From NCBI GenBank assembly GCA_020629005.1, contig JAHDEE010000024.1, positions 11,817-46,281 on the forward strand: a DNA stretch of 34,465 nt. Reading direction: 5' to 3'. Both the position numbers and the translations under genes were made by a program. The notes under the pieces were generated by a model. It did no database searches. It was not told the DNA's origin and saw nothing but the letters and a program-made list of their open reading frames with translations. Positions 7,814 to 16,133 of the stretch are shown piece by piece; within the stretch, counting starts at the first letter, position 1; every line of letters begins with the position of its first letter. This stretch comes from Chitinophagales bacterium (GTDB lineage: Bacteria > Bacteroidota > Bacteroidia > Chitinophagales > UBA2359).

Positions 7814-9010
7814 ATGAATCAAAGACAATTATTTTTAAGGCATGTAGCACAAACCAGTGATATGCCACTGATGCTGGAAATCGAAAAAGCCAAAGGGGTT
7901 TACCTCTATGATAAGGATGGTAAATCCTATTTAGATTTGATATCAGGAATTGGGGTAAGTAATGTTGGGCATTGTCATGATCGGGTAGTGGCGGCGATTA
8001 AGAATCAGTGTGAGCAGTATATGCATTTGATGGTTTATGGGGAGTATGTTTATCAGCCTCAGATAGCTTTGTGTAAACTACTTACGGATCAATTGCCCAC
8101 CGAGCTGGATAATGTCTACCTGGTGAATTCTGGAACAGAGGCGACCGAGGGTGCTTTGAAACTCGCCAAGCGATTTACTGGTCGTAGAGAGATGATTGGA
8201 TTTAGACATTCTTATCACGGTAGTTCGCATGGCTCGCTAAGTTTGCTGGGAAGTGAATACTTCAAAAGAGCGTATCGCCCTTTGCTGCCTGAGACCAGAA
8301 GTCTGGTGTATAATGAGGAGTCGGAATTGCAGCAGATTACTGAGAAGACTGCTTGTGTGATTGCGGAAGTTGTGCAGGCGGAGTCTGGAGTGAATCCTGG
8401 TGAGGAGTCTTTTTTGAGAGCGCTTCGCAGGCGTTGCACTGAAGTGGGGGCTTTGCTGATTTTTGATGAAATACAAACAGGCTTTGGACGTACTGGGGAA
8501 TTGTTCGCATTTCAGCACTATGATATTGTGCCGGATATACTGCTGCTTGCAAAAGGGATGGGCGGCGGAATGCCGATTGGTGCCTTTGTGGCATCTCAAG
8601 AGATGATGGCCGTATTTCAGGACAATCCATTCTTAGGACATATCACTACTTTTGGTGGCAATCCTGTTTGTTCAGCGGCGGCACAAGCGGCGCTGGAAGT
8701 AATTCTTGAAGGTCGGCTGTGGAGAGATGTGGAAAGAAAGGCAGGTTTGTTTTTGGAGAGATTGCAACACAAGCGCATTGAGTGCATCCGGAATAAGGGC
8801 TTGATGATGGCAGTACAGTTTGACAATTTTGATACGACAAAGCAGGTGATTGACCAATGCATAGCATCAGGTTTGATCACAGATTGGTTCCTGTTTGCCG
8901 ATAATTGTCTTCGGATTGCTCCTCCTTTGATTATCACAGATGAGCAAACAATATGGGCCTGTGATGTCATTATAGATTCTCTCAATCAGCTTGATTCGCA
9001 TTCGGGATAA
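7814..9010 (+). CDS. Class-III (acetylornithine/ornithine/GABA-type) PLP-dependent aminotransferase
   Basis: LISGIGVSNVGHCH, DEIQTGFGRTGELFAF and LLLAKGMGGGMPIGAF (PLP-lysine in the LAKG context) are hallmarks of the aminotransferase class-III family. Confidence 0.85.
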   Translation: MNQRQLFLRHVAQTSDMPLMLEIEKAKGVYLYDKDGKSYLDLISGIGVSNVGHCHDRVVAAIKNQCEQYMHLMVYGEYVYQPQIALCKLLTDQLPTELDNVYLVNSGTEATEGALKLAKRFTGRREMIGFRHSYHGSSHGSLSLLGSEYFKRAYRPLLPETRSLVYNEESELQQITEKTACVIAEVVQAESGVNPGEESFLRALRRRCTEVGALLIFDEIQTGFGRTGELFAFQHYDIVPDILLLAKGMGGGMPIGAFVASQEMMAVFQDNPFLGHITTFGGNPVCSAAAQAALEVILEGRLWRDVERKAGLFLERLQHKRIECIRNKGLMMAVQFDNFDTTKQVIDQCIASGLITDWFLFADNCLRIAPPLIITDEQTIWACDVIIDSLNQLDSHSG

Positions 9011-9092
9011 ACTTTGTGTCTCTGCTGGGGTTGTTTTGATTGAGTGTGCGCGCTCTTAGATACAAAAGAGTCGTGCTAATCTATTGACCAAA

Positions 9093-9671
9093 ATGCGATT
9101 TGATATGTCCAGAAAGATAGTAGGGTTAGGAGGAGCATTGTCTGATAACTCGACCAGCCTATATGCGCTGGAAATAGCAATGGCCGCTGCTTATGATGCC
9201 GGTGCGGAGATTGAACTTTTTGATATCGCACGATTGGATCTGCCTTTGTTGGATCTGCGTGTGAAGGAAGTGCCGGATGCGGTGAAAAAAATGTGCGAGG
9301 CTATTAGTGCCTGTGATGGCATGATCTGGAGTAGTCCCTTGTATCATGGAACGGTGAGCGGGGCATTCAAGAATGCTTTGGATTGGCTGCAAGAACTCAG
9401 TAAGGATGAGCGTCCTTACCTGAGCGACAGGGCTGTAGGCTTGATTTGTACTGCAGGTGGAGTACAGGGTTTGCAGGCTATCAATACTATGGAGTTTGTT
9501 GTTCGGGCACTTAGGGGCTTTGCTGTTCCAATGGTAGTGCCAATCGCCAATACCTGGCAAGCCTTTGACAAGCAAGGAAATCTACAGGATGAAAAAGCCA
9601 AAGCACAATTGGAAGGTCTGGGAAGGGAGGTGGTACGAGTATCGGGTGCCTTTGCTGGGCTTGCAGTTTAG
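9093..9671 (+). CDS. NADPH-dependent FMN reductase family flavoprotein (SsuE/ArsH-like)
   Basis: RKIVGLGGALSDNSTSLYALE...SPLYHGTVSGAFKNALDWL matches the NADPH-dependent FMN reductase fold signature. The track ORF starts at TTG 9084, with ATG candidates at 9093 and 9105. Confidence 0.65.
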   Translation: MRFDMSRKIVGLGGALSDNSTSLYALEIAMAAAYDAGAEIELFDIARLDLPLLDLRVKEVPDAVKKMCEAISACDGMIWSSPLYHGTVSGAFKNALDWLQELSKDERPYLSDRAVGLICTAGGVQGLQAINTMEFVVRALRGFAVPMVVPIANTWQAFDKQGNLQDEKAKAQLEGLGREVVRVSGAFAGLAV

Positions 9672-9710
9672 CTCAGATTCTTAGTGGCGTTTTAGATTGT
9701 CAGTTTTTGT

Positions 9711-9872
9711 GCCTTAGGGATAGGGAATCAATAACTGTCCGATTTTGACGTCGCTGGAAATGATTTAGACGAGGCATTTTTTGACAGCATCCTTGTTGGC
9801 TGGTGGAGAAAAATAACGATGGATAAATCATTTCCAGCAAGTCAAAATGGACATTTATTGATTCGCTGTCCC
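9711..9872. repeat. Roughly 160-bp near-perfect nested palindrome (55-bp arms 9711-9770 and 9821-9872, about 50-bp loop) immediately upstream of blaI
   Basis: The left arm GCCTTAGGGATAGGGAATCAATAACTGTCCGATTTTGACGTCGCTGGAAATGATTTAG equals the reverse complement of the right arm with about 8 mismatches (checked by hand). Possible MITE, structured RNA or extended operator region. Confidence 0.55.
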
Positions 9873-9943
9873 TTAGCAGCTTCAACTAAAATAATAGTTG
9901 CAAAAGGCTGTTATAAGGGCTAACTTTATCAAAAATCTGATAG

Positions 9944-10312
9944 ATGAGCAAGAAGTTGTTAACACCACTGGAGCTGAAGGTGATGAATATCCTGTGGAAG
10001 GAGAAAAAGGCGTTTGTGAAGGAGCTTAAAGAACGTTGGCCGGATGAGCCTGTTCCAGCCTACAATACGATTTCTACGACGGTTCGAATTTTGCAGGACA
10101 AGGGTTTTGTAAGTCATGAATCTTTTGGTCGTACACATCAGTACTATCCCGTTGTTTCCAAGTTGGCGTACCAGAAAAATTTGATTTCCAATGTATTGGA
10201 GAACGCTTTTGCTGGATCGGTGACTGGATTGTTGTCGGCATTGATTGACAATGACGCTATTCCGGAAACGGAGCTTGATGACCTACAGGATTTGATCGAT
10301 AAGAAAAAGTAA
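9944..10312 (+). CDS. BlaI/MecI/CopY-family transcriptional repressor
   Basis: LTPLELKVMNILWKEKKAFVKELKE...YNTISTTVRILQDKGFV is the canonical BlaI/MecI winged-helix N-domain. About 120 aa. Confidence 0.8.
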   Translation: MSKKLLTPLELKVMNILWKEKKAFVKELKERWPDEPVPAYNTISTTVRILQDKGFVSHESFGRTHQYYPVVSKLAYQKNLISNVLENAFAGSVTGLLSALIDNDAIPETELDDLQDLIDKKK

Positions 10313-10344
10313 GCACTTGTACCCCACAAGTGTAGGTTTGGGCG

Positions 10345-11448
10345 ATGCTTAGTTATATACTATTCACGTATTTGCTTCTGTTCTTAGGAGGAGGATTGTA
10401 CTACTTCCTGATCAGAAATAGTCAGCTGCCATTCCAGCACCAGCGGTTGATGCTGCTCTCCATTATGGGGATGAGCCTTGTATTGCCCTTTATTACCAAG
10501 TATCATCTTTTGCCGGAGATTGTACATACTGAGCCTGTGCAGTCCTCTATGGTCTTGATGGAAGAGGTGTATTCTGAGTTTTGTCCTTCAGATGCAGAAA
10601 TTAATACTTGTTATGAAGAGGCATTGACTGCGGCGGAATTCTGCGAGTGTACTGAAATTGCCAAAGAAAACATTGTAGCCTACAAGGCAGACTGGACTTA
10701 TGAGCTAGTGATCGTTAATGAGACCTGGTTTCTGAAAGGCTGTCTGCTTGCGGCACTTCTGATCTTCATGATTTTGATGGCCAAGATACTTTATTTGGTG
10801 TACATTGTTCGGATCAGCCGTCGGGAACAAATGGAACTCGAAGGTATTCGCTTTGTAGCTTTGCGTAATGACAAGCAATTGTCTGTTGCCTCTTTTCAGC
10901 TACTCGATAAGTACGTGATCTGGCAAAACGAAATGGATTTTTTGCAGGAGCAGGAGCTTAAAGCTGTGCTCTGGCATGAAGTGGCTCATATACAACAAAA
11001 GGACACCTGGGTGAAAATTCTGGTAGAGAGCCTTCAGGCCCTCTGGTTCCTGAATCCAGCCTTTTACTTCTTCAAGCGGGAACTAGATAAACTCGCCGAG
11101 TTTATTGCTGATGAATATGCGGTGGTTCGAAATGGAAGTTCGAAATTCTATGCAAATGTGCTGATCAATATGAAGCGATACCAGAGCATCGCTCTGGCAC
11201 AGCATTTAAAGAAAAGCCTGTTTAGAGAGCGAATAGAATTGATCATCGGAGAGCCAAAGAAGAAAAAGCCATTGCGCATCATTCCTGCAATGATCATGAT
11301 TTCCTGCTGTTTGATCTGGACCTCAACGGTCGGCTTTCCAATTTTGGAAAACCAACTACTCAAAGTGGAATTTTACGAGACCCTTAGCAAAGCCAGTGCG
11401 GATAAGCATCGGCACCTCTTCTGCAAGAATTGTAAGAACTGGGAATAG
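10345..11448 (+). CDS. BlaR1-like M56-family membrane sensor/peptidase (signal transducer partner of BlaI)
   Basis: Multiple TM helices. HEVAHIQQKD is an HExxH zinc motif in the BlaR1/M56 context. Sits immediately downstream of blaI-like. Contains an unusual Cys-rich extracytoplasmic segment (CPSDAEINTC...CECTE) and a C-terminal CKNC. Confidence 0.7.
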   Translation: MLSYILFTYLLLFLGGGLYYFLIRNSQLPFQHQRLMLLSIMGMSLVLPFITKYHLLPEIVHTEPVQSSMVLMEEVYSEFCPSDAEINTCYEEALTAAEFCECTEIAKENIVAYKADWTYELVIVNETWFLKGCLLAALLIFMILMAKILYLVYIVRISRREQMELEGIRFVALRNDKQLSVASFQLLDKYVIWQNEMDFLQEQELKAVLWHEVAHIQQKDTWVKILVESLQALWFLNPAFYFFKRELDKLAEFIADEYAVVRNGSSKFYANVLINMKRYQSIALAQHLKKSLFRERIELIIGEPKKKKPLRIIPAMIMISCCLIWTSTVGFPILENQLLKVEFYETLSKASADKHRHLFCKNCKNWE

Positions 11449-11608
11449 TACCGGGCATTTGTGTCTCTTGATATCTCTAATTCCCATGCTTCGCAGTTCG
11501 CTGCCATGTCCCTTCAGCGGCAGTTTTCATGCCCTTATTTATGAACAATATTCCAGCTTTATGCATTTACAAGATGAGCTTGCTTAACTTGCAGAAACAA
11601 GTGAATCT

Positions 11609-12751
11609 ATGAAGATTGGAATTGTATGTTATCCTACTTATGGTGGCAGTGGAGTAGTGGCAACCGAACTGGGAAAAGCCCTGGGGCGAGAAGGCCATGA
11701 AGTACATTTTGTGACTTATCAGCAGCCGGCAAGGTTGGACTATTTTCAACCAAATGTTCTCTACCATGAGGTCAATCTGGCCAACTATCCACTGTTTGAA
11801 TATCCTCCCTATGAAACCGCATTAGCCAGTAAACTGGTTGATGTTGTGCAGCATTCGCAACTGGATCTGATCCATGTTCACTATGCGATTCCGCATGCTT
11901 CGGCTGCTTTGATGGCTAAACGCATACTTGCAAAGCGTGGAATTCACATTCCAGTGGTAACTACTTTGCATGGTACGGATATCACGCTGGTCGGTAACAA
12001 TGAGACCTACGCACCGGTAGTCACTTATTCGATCAACGAAAGTGATGGGGTTACCGCTGTTTCTGAGAGCTTGAAGCAGGATACGCTTAACTTCTTCGAA
12101 ATTGAAACTGAAATACGGGTCATCCCTAACTTCATAGATTTGACCACCTTCAAAAAAGAAAACAAGGATCATTTTCGTACCGCCATTGCACCAGATGGGG
12201 AAAAGATTCTGATACATGTTTCTAACTTCAGAAAAGTGAAGCGTGTACAAGATATCATCAAGATGTTTCACATCGTAAAGGAAAAGGTTCCCGTAAAGCT
12301 GCTTTTGATTGGTGATGGTCCGGAGCGAATTCCGATTGAAAAGATGGCACGAGAGCTTTGCGTGGATTGCGACATTAGATTTTTGGGCAAACAGGACGCA
12401 GTAGGCGAACTTCTTGCAGTGGCTGATCTGTTTATTCTACCTTCTGAGAAAGAAAGTTTCGGATTGGCAGCTCTGGAGGCAATGGCCTGTGAGGTACCGG
12501 TTATTTCCTCTGATGCAGGAGGTATTCCTGAAGTGAATATTGACGGTGTAACTGGCTACACGAGCAAGGTGGAAGATGTGGAGAGCATGGCGGCGAATGC
12601 CATCGAGCTATTGAGCAATGAAGAGAAGTTAAAGGCTTTTCGAGCCAATGCTCTGAAGAAAGCCAGCGAGTTCGACCTGCGGAATGTTCTTCCAATCTAT
12701 GTAAATTATTATGAAGAAGTCATAGAGCGAATGATGGAGTCGATCCAATAG
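11609..12751 (+). CDS. bshA: N-acetyl-alpha-D-glucosaminyl L-malate synthase (GT4 glycosyltransferase), bacillithiol biosynthesis
   Basis: N-terminus MKIGIVCYPTYGGSGVVATELGKALGREGHEVHFVT closely matches the BshA N-terminal signature (MKIGITCYP..GGSGVVATELGK..G.GHE.HF.T). GT4 C-terminal EX7E-type region. Followed by ytxJ. Confidence 0.8.
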   Translation: MKIGIVCYPTYGGSGVVATELGKALGREGHEVHFVTYQQPARLDYFQPNVLYHEVNLANYPLFEYPPYETALASKLVDVVQHSQLDLIHVHYAIPHASAALMAKRILAKRGIHIPVVTTLHGTDITLVGNNETYAPVVTYSINESDGVTAVSESLKQDTLNFFEIETEIRVIPNFIDLTTFKKENKDHFRTAIAPDGEKILIHVSNFRKVKRVQDIIKMFHIVKEKVPVKLLLIGDGPERIPIEKMARELCVDCDIRFLGKQDAVGELLAVADLFILPSEKESFGLAALEAMACEVPVISSDAGGIPEVNIDGVTGYTSKVEDVESMAANAIELLSNEEKLKAFRANALKKASEFDLRNVLPIYVNYYEEVIERMMESIQ

Positions 12752-12871
12752 GTCCCGTTTTTGCTTTTTGAAGGTAAACGGACATATGATGATCATTGGA
12801 AATGGTGCCTAACATTCTGGTGAACCATGCTCAATTGAAATGATTATCTAAGGTATACTAAATATTGACCC

Positions 12872-13222
12872 ATGAATTGGATTGAACTTACAAGCGTTGA
12901 ACAACTGGAAGAGCTGAGCACAGCTTCAAAGAGCCAGCCTGTTGTGATTTTTAAACACAGTACTCGGTGTAGCATTTCTTCAACTGCTAAAAGCAGATTG
13001 GAGCGCAATTGGGAAAAGCAAGGACTTGCTGAAGTACCTGCTTATCATCTGGACTTGATCAGTTTTAGGGATGTTTCTGGTGAAATTGCCGAGCGATTCT
13101 CGGTTCATCATGAGTCTCCTCAGTTACTGCTAATACACAATGGCGAATGTCCCTATGCGGAATCACACCTTGGTATTTCGGCCAGTGAGTTAGATGAGCA
13201 AATTAAATTGGTGCAAGGCTAA
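12872..13222 (+). CDS. ytxJ: Bacillithiol-system thioredoxin-like redox protein YtxJ family
   Basis: About 116 aa. The conserved VIFKHSTRCSIS block is the single-Cys T-C-P/S-I-S motif of the YtxJ/DUF2847 family. Positioned directly after bshA. Confidence 0.7.
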   Translation: MNWIELTSVEQLEELSTASKSQPVVIFKHSTRCSISSTAKSRLERNWEKQGLAEVPAYHLDLISFRDVSGEIAERFSVHHESPQLLLIHNGECPYAESHLGISASELDEQIKLVQG

Positions 13223-13231
13223 TTCTACGAT

Positions 13232-14494
13232 ATGAGTGCAGTCCCTCTGGCCGAAAGGATGCGGCCTCAAAACTTAATGGACTTTTTTGGTCAAAAGCAT
13301 TTAGTCGGTCCGGGAAAAATCATTCCTCAGATGATTCACAACCGGCAAATTGTATCCATGTTGTTCTGGGGTCCACCAGGCGTGGGCAAAACTACGCTGG
13401 CCAACCTAATAGCCCGAGAACTGGATTTACCATTTTTCCAGTTGAGTGCGATCAACTCCGGTGTTAAGGATATTCGAGCAGCTATTGAGTCTGCGTCGAA
13501 AACAAATGGGGCTATACTGTTTATTGACGAGATACATCGCTTTAGCAAAAGCCAACAAGATAGCTTGCTGGGTGCTGTGGAACGAGGAATTGTCACCCTG
13601 ATAGGCGCTACAACAGAGAACCCCTCATTTGAAGTGATCAACGCTTTATTATCTCGCTGTCAAGTGTACGTTTTGGAGTCGCTGGCGAGGGAAGAGTTGA
13701 TTGAAATATTGCAGCATGCCATCGATCATGACGAGCTACTTAAGACCAAGGAGATCGATCTGCAGGAACCCGATGCCTTGCTTGCGCTTTCAGGCGGAGA
13801 TGCTCGAAAAACGCTGAATCTCCTGGAGTTAATCGTAGTAGGAGAAGGAAGCGATCAGCTGGTGATCAACAATGAGCTGGCGGAGAAATATGCACAACAA
13901 AAGACCGCTCGCTATGATAAAGATGGGGAGCAACACTATGACATCATTTCTGCCTTCATCAAATCAATGAGGGGTAGCGATCCAAATGCTACTTTGTATT
14001 GGCTGGCGCGTATGACTGAAGGTGGAGAGGACCCCAAGTTTATTGCCAGACGTATGCTCATACTCGCTTCGGAGGATATAGGAAATGCCAACCCTACGGC
14101 TCTAGTGCTTGCCAATACCTGCTTTGAGGCTGTGACCAAAATCGGATATCCAGAGTGCGATTTGATACTGTCACAGACGGCAGTGTACCTGGCTTGCTCT
14201 GATAAGAGCAATGCTAGTTATACAGCAATACGCAAAGCGCAAAAGCTCGCTAAACAGACCAGCGATCTGGAGGTACCTTTGCATCTGAGAAACGCGCCGA
14301 CGAAGTTGATGAAACAGTTGAACTACGGCCAAAACTACAAATATGCTCACGACTTTAGCGGAAATTTCGTTGATCAAGAGTTTTTACCTGATGCCTTGAA
14401 AGGTCGTAAAATTTACGATCCAGGCAGCAATGCTCGAGAGGAAAAAATGAGAAGGAGTATGCGGGATAAGTGGGGTAAGAAATACGACTACTGA
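13232..14494 (+). CDS. rarA: Replication-associated recombination protein A (AAA+ ATPase RarA/MgsA)
   Basis: Walker A FWGPPGVGKTTLANLIA. Walker B/sensor ILFIDEIHRFSKSQQD...GATTENP. C-terminal MgsA helical lid (PKFIARRMLILASEDIGNANP). Confidence 0.9.
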   Translation: MSAVPLAERMRPQNLMDFFGQKHLVGPGKIIPQMIHNRQIVSMLFWGPPGVGKTTLANLIARELDLPFFQLSAINSGVKDIRAAIESASKTNGAILFIDEIHRFSKSQQDSLLGAVERGIVTLIGATTENPSFEVINALLSRCQVYVLESLAREELIEILQHAIDHDELLKTKEIDLQEPDALLALSGGDARKTLNLLELIVVGEGSDQLVINNELAEKYAQQKTARYDKDGEQHYDIISAFIKSMRGSDPNATLYWLARMTEGGEDPKFIARRMLILASEDIGNANPTALVLANTCFEAVTKIGYPECDLILSQTAVYLACSDKSNASYTAIRKAQKLAKQTSDLEVPLHLRNAPTKLMKQLNYGQNYKYAHDFSGNFVDQEFLPDALKGRKIYDPGSNAREEKMRRSMRDKWGKKYDY

Positions 14495-14610
14495 GCGCAC
14501 CGAATTGAGATAAATAGTGCTGGGTACAAGTCCGAATTGACCATTGACTAATGCCTCGGCCACTACTGCCTTAGGCTCTCACTTACGGTCTTATTTGTAC
14601 TCCAATCCGA

Positions 14611-15054
14611 ATGCTGAAAATAAGGGCAATGAGAATAGTCATCAAAACCAAGGTCGCGCAAGATTACCGTCAAGTGTTTGCAGGTTTTAACGAAGAGCTT
14701 TTTCTCGCTTTAGTACCACCTCTGACTCCACTGAAGTTATTGCGTTTTGATGGCTGCAAGCTTGGTGATGAAGTAAGACTTCGCGTGTATTTCATGGATT
14801 GGTTTAGTGAGATTACTGCACAGGGGGAACGCGAAAGAGAGATTTTTTTCATTGACGAAGGCACCAGGCTACCTTTTACCTTCAGCTATTGGAAACACCA
14901 TCATCAAATGATTTCTTTGGTGGATGGGGGCTGTGAGATTGTAGATGATATACAGTATGAGAGTCCCTTGTTTCTTGGTCCATTGCTATATCCATTGTTG
15001 TATTTTCAGTTTTGGTATCGAAAAAGAATCTACAAACGATACTTTGGAGCATGA
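14611..15054 (+). CDS. Hypothetical protein (possibly SRPBCC/Bet v1-like ligand-binding fold)
   Basis: Roughly 140-aa ORF with an ATG start (alternative ATG at 14629). Alternating beta/alpha pattern and a C-terminal long helix. No diagnostic motif recognised. Confidence 0.35.
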   Translation: MLKIRAMRIVIKTKVAQDYRQVFAGFNEELFLALVPPLTPLKLLRFDGCKLGDEVRLRVYFMDWFSEITAQGEREREIFFIDEGTRLPFTFSYWKHHHQMISLVDGGCEIVDDIQYESPLFLGPLLYPLLYFQFWYRKRIYKRYFGA

Positions 15055-15097
15055 CTTCGCATGGGACTTGCTATATTAGTGGACTAAAAAGCGGGTT

Positions 15098-15760
15098 ATG
15101 AGCCAGAAAAAGAGCTTTCTATCCAACAAAGCCATGCCGGAGGAGGTACGCAAGGAAAAAGTGTTTGGCGAGTTTCGTTTATCCAATCACCTTGTGCCAT
15201 TCTATTTGTATGTGCCGGCGGTGATATTCAGCTTTGTTTATGGGCTGTATTATTGTGGAATTCCGCCCTTGGTTTTTGCTATGTATTTTGTCATCTCGAT
15301 TCCGCTGTGGTCCCTGTTTGAGTATGTTGCACATCGTTGGATTTTGCATGCAAAACCAAAATCGGCCTTCTGGCAAAAAGTACTTTATGGTGCGCATACA
15401 GGCCATCATGACTATCCTAAGGACGTAAGATTTCATCTGACACCGCTGGAAGTTAGTATTCCTGCTTTGTTCATTTTTTATGGGTTCTATTATTTGCTTC
15501 TTGGAGTAAATGCACATGCATTTATGGCTGGTTGGGTTTCCATTTACCTCATTTACGACTGGTTGCATTATGCGGTACACAACTACAATTTTAACAATCG
15601 CTGGTACAAACTTTATCAGCAACACCATATTGATCATCACTTCATAGATGAGGAAACAAATTTTGGCTTCATCAGTCTGGCCTGGGACGAACTGTTTGGC
15701 ACCAAATTGACCAGTCGAAAATTGCTGGCGAAGGAGCGGAACAAGGAATTGACTGAATAG
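15098..15760 (+). CDS. Fatty-acid hydroxylase/sterol desaturase superfamily membrane di-iron enzyme
   Basis: Histidine boxes HRWILH, HTGHHDY, HYAVHNY and HHIDHH spaced across 4 TM helices, as in the FA hydroxylase/desaturase (ERG3/CrtZ-type) superfamily. Confidence 0.65.
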   Translation: MSQKKSFLSNKAMPEEVRKEKVFGEFRLSNHLVPFYLYVPAVIFSFVYGLYYCGIPPLVFAMYFVISIPLWSLFEYVAHRWILHAKPKSAFWQKVLYGAHTGHHDYPKDVRFHLTPLEVSIPALFIFYGFYYLLLGVNAHAFMAGWVSIYLIYDWLHYAVHNYNFNNRWYKLYQQHHIDHHFIDEETNFGFISLAWDELFGTKLTSRKLLAKERNKELTE

Positions 15761-15870
15761 TGTTGTTTCGTGAATCAGGCTGAAAATAAGTTTTCTACCT
15801 TGTTGACAAAGTATATGCTTACTGTGACTCAATGAGCATGCCTTTTGGTTTGTTTCCGCGGGTATGGTAG

Positions 15871-16012
15871 GTGCAGAATAGCCCGGATTGCAATGGAAAT
15901 GCAGCCAGCAGACAGGTGCTGAGTCGCCCAGTAGGCGAGGCTGCCAAAAAGCAGACTCGGATACTGGTGCAGCGAAGCCCTGTCTGCTGGCTGCATTGGA
16001 ATGGAAAGCCGG
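15871..16012. repeat. GC-rich interspersed repeat, copy B, containing a perfect 16-bp inverted repeat (GCAGCCAGCAGACAGG 15901-15916 / CCTGTCTGCTGGCTGC 15979-15994)
   Basis: Termini GTGCAGAATAGCCCGGATTGCAATGGAAATG and GCATTGGAATGGAAAGC match copy A at 6550-6700. Intergenic between the hydroxylase and the TonB receptor. Confidence 0.55.
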
Positions 16013-16133
16013 AAGAGCAGAACGCGATGGGTTATGATTCGCTCCAAATATTTTTTATATTTATTTTCCCACAACATATTATTCTATCAATCCATTAGCT
16101 TGAGCTCCGCTCAACAAGAATATTGACTTTGGG

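Noticed and set aside
8215-8985. Several 70-120-aa minus-strand ORFs
   Set aside because: They are embedded antisense in the class-III aminotransferase CDS, which has strong family motifs.
9700-9885. 61-aa minus-strand ORF
   Set aside because: It lies within the 160-bp nested palindrome upstream of blaI. The sequence is better explained as structured or repeat DNA.
15179-15832. 217-aa minus-strand ORF
   Set aside because: It is fully antisense to the fatty-acid hydroxylase gene, whose + frame carries four spaced histidine boxes. The antisense frame has no motifs.
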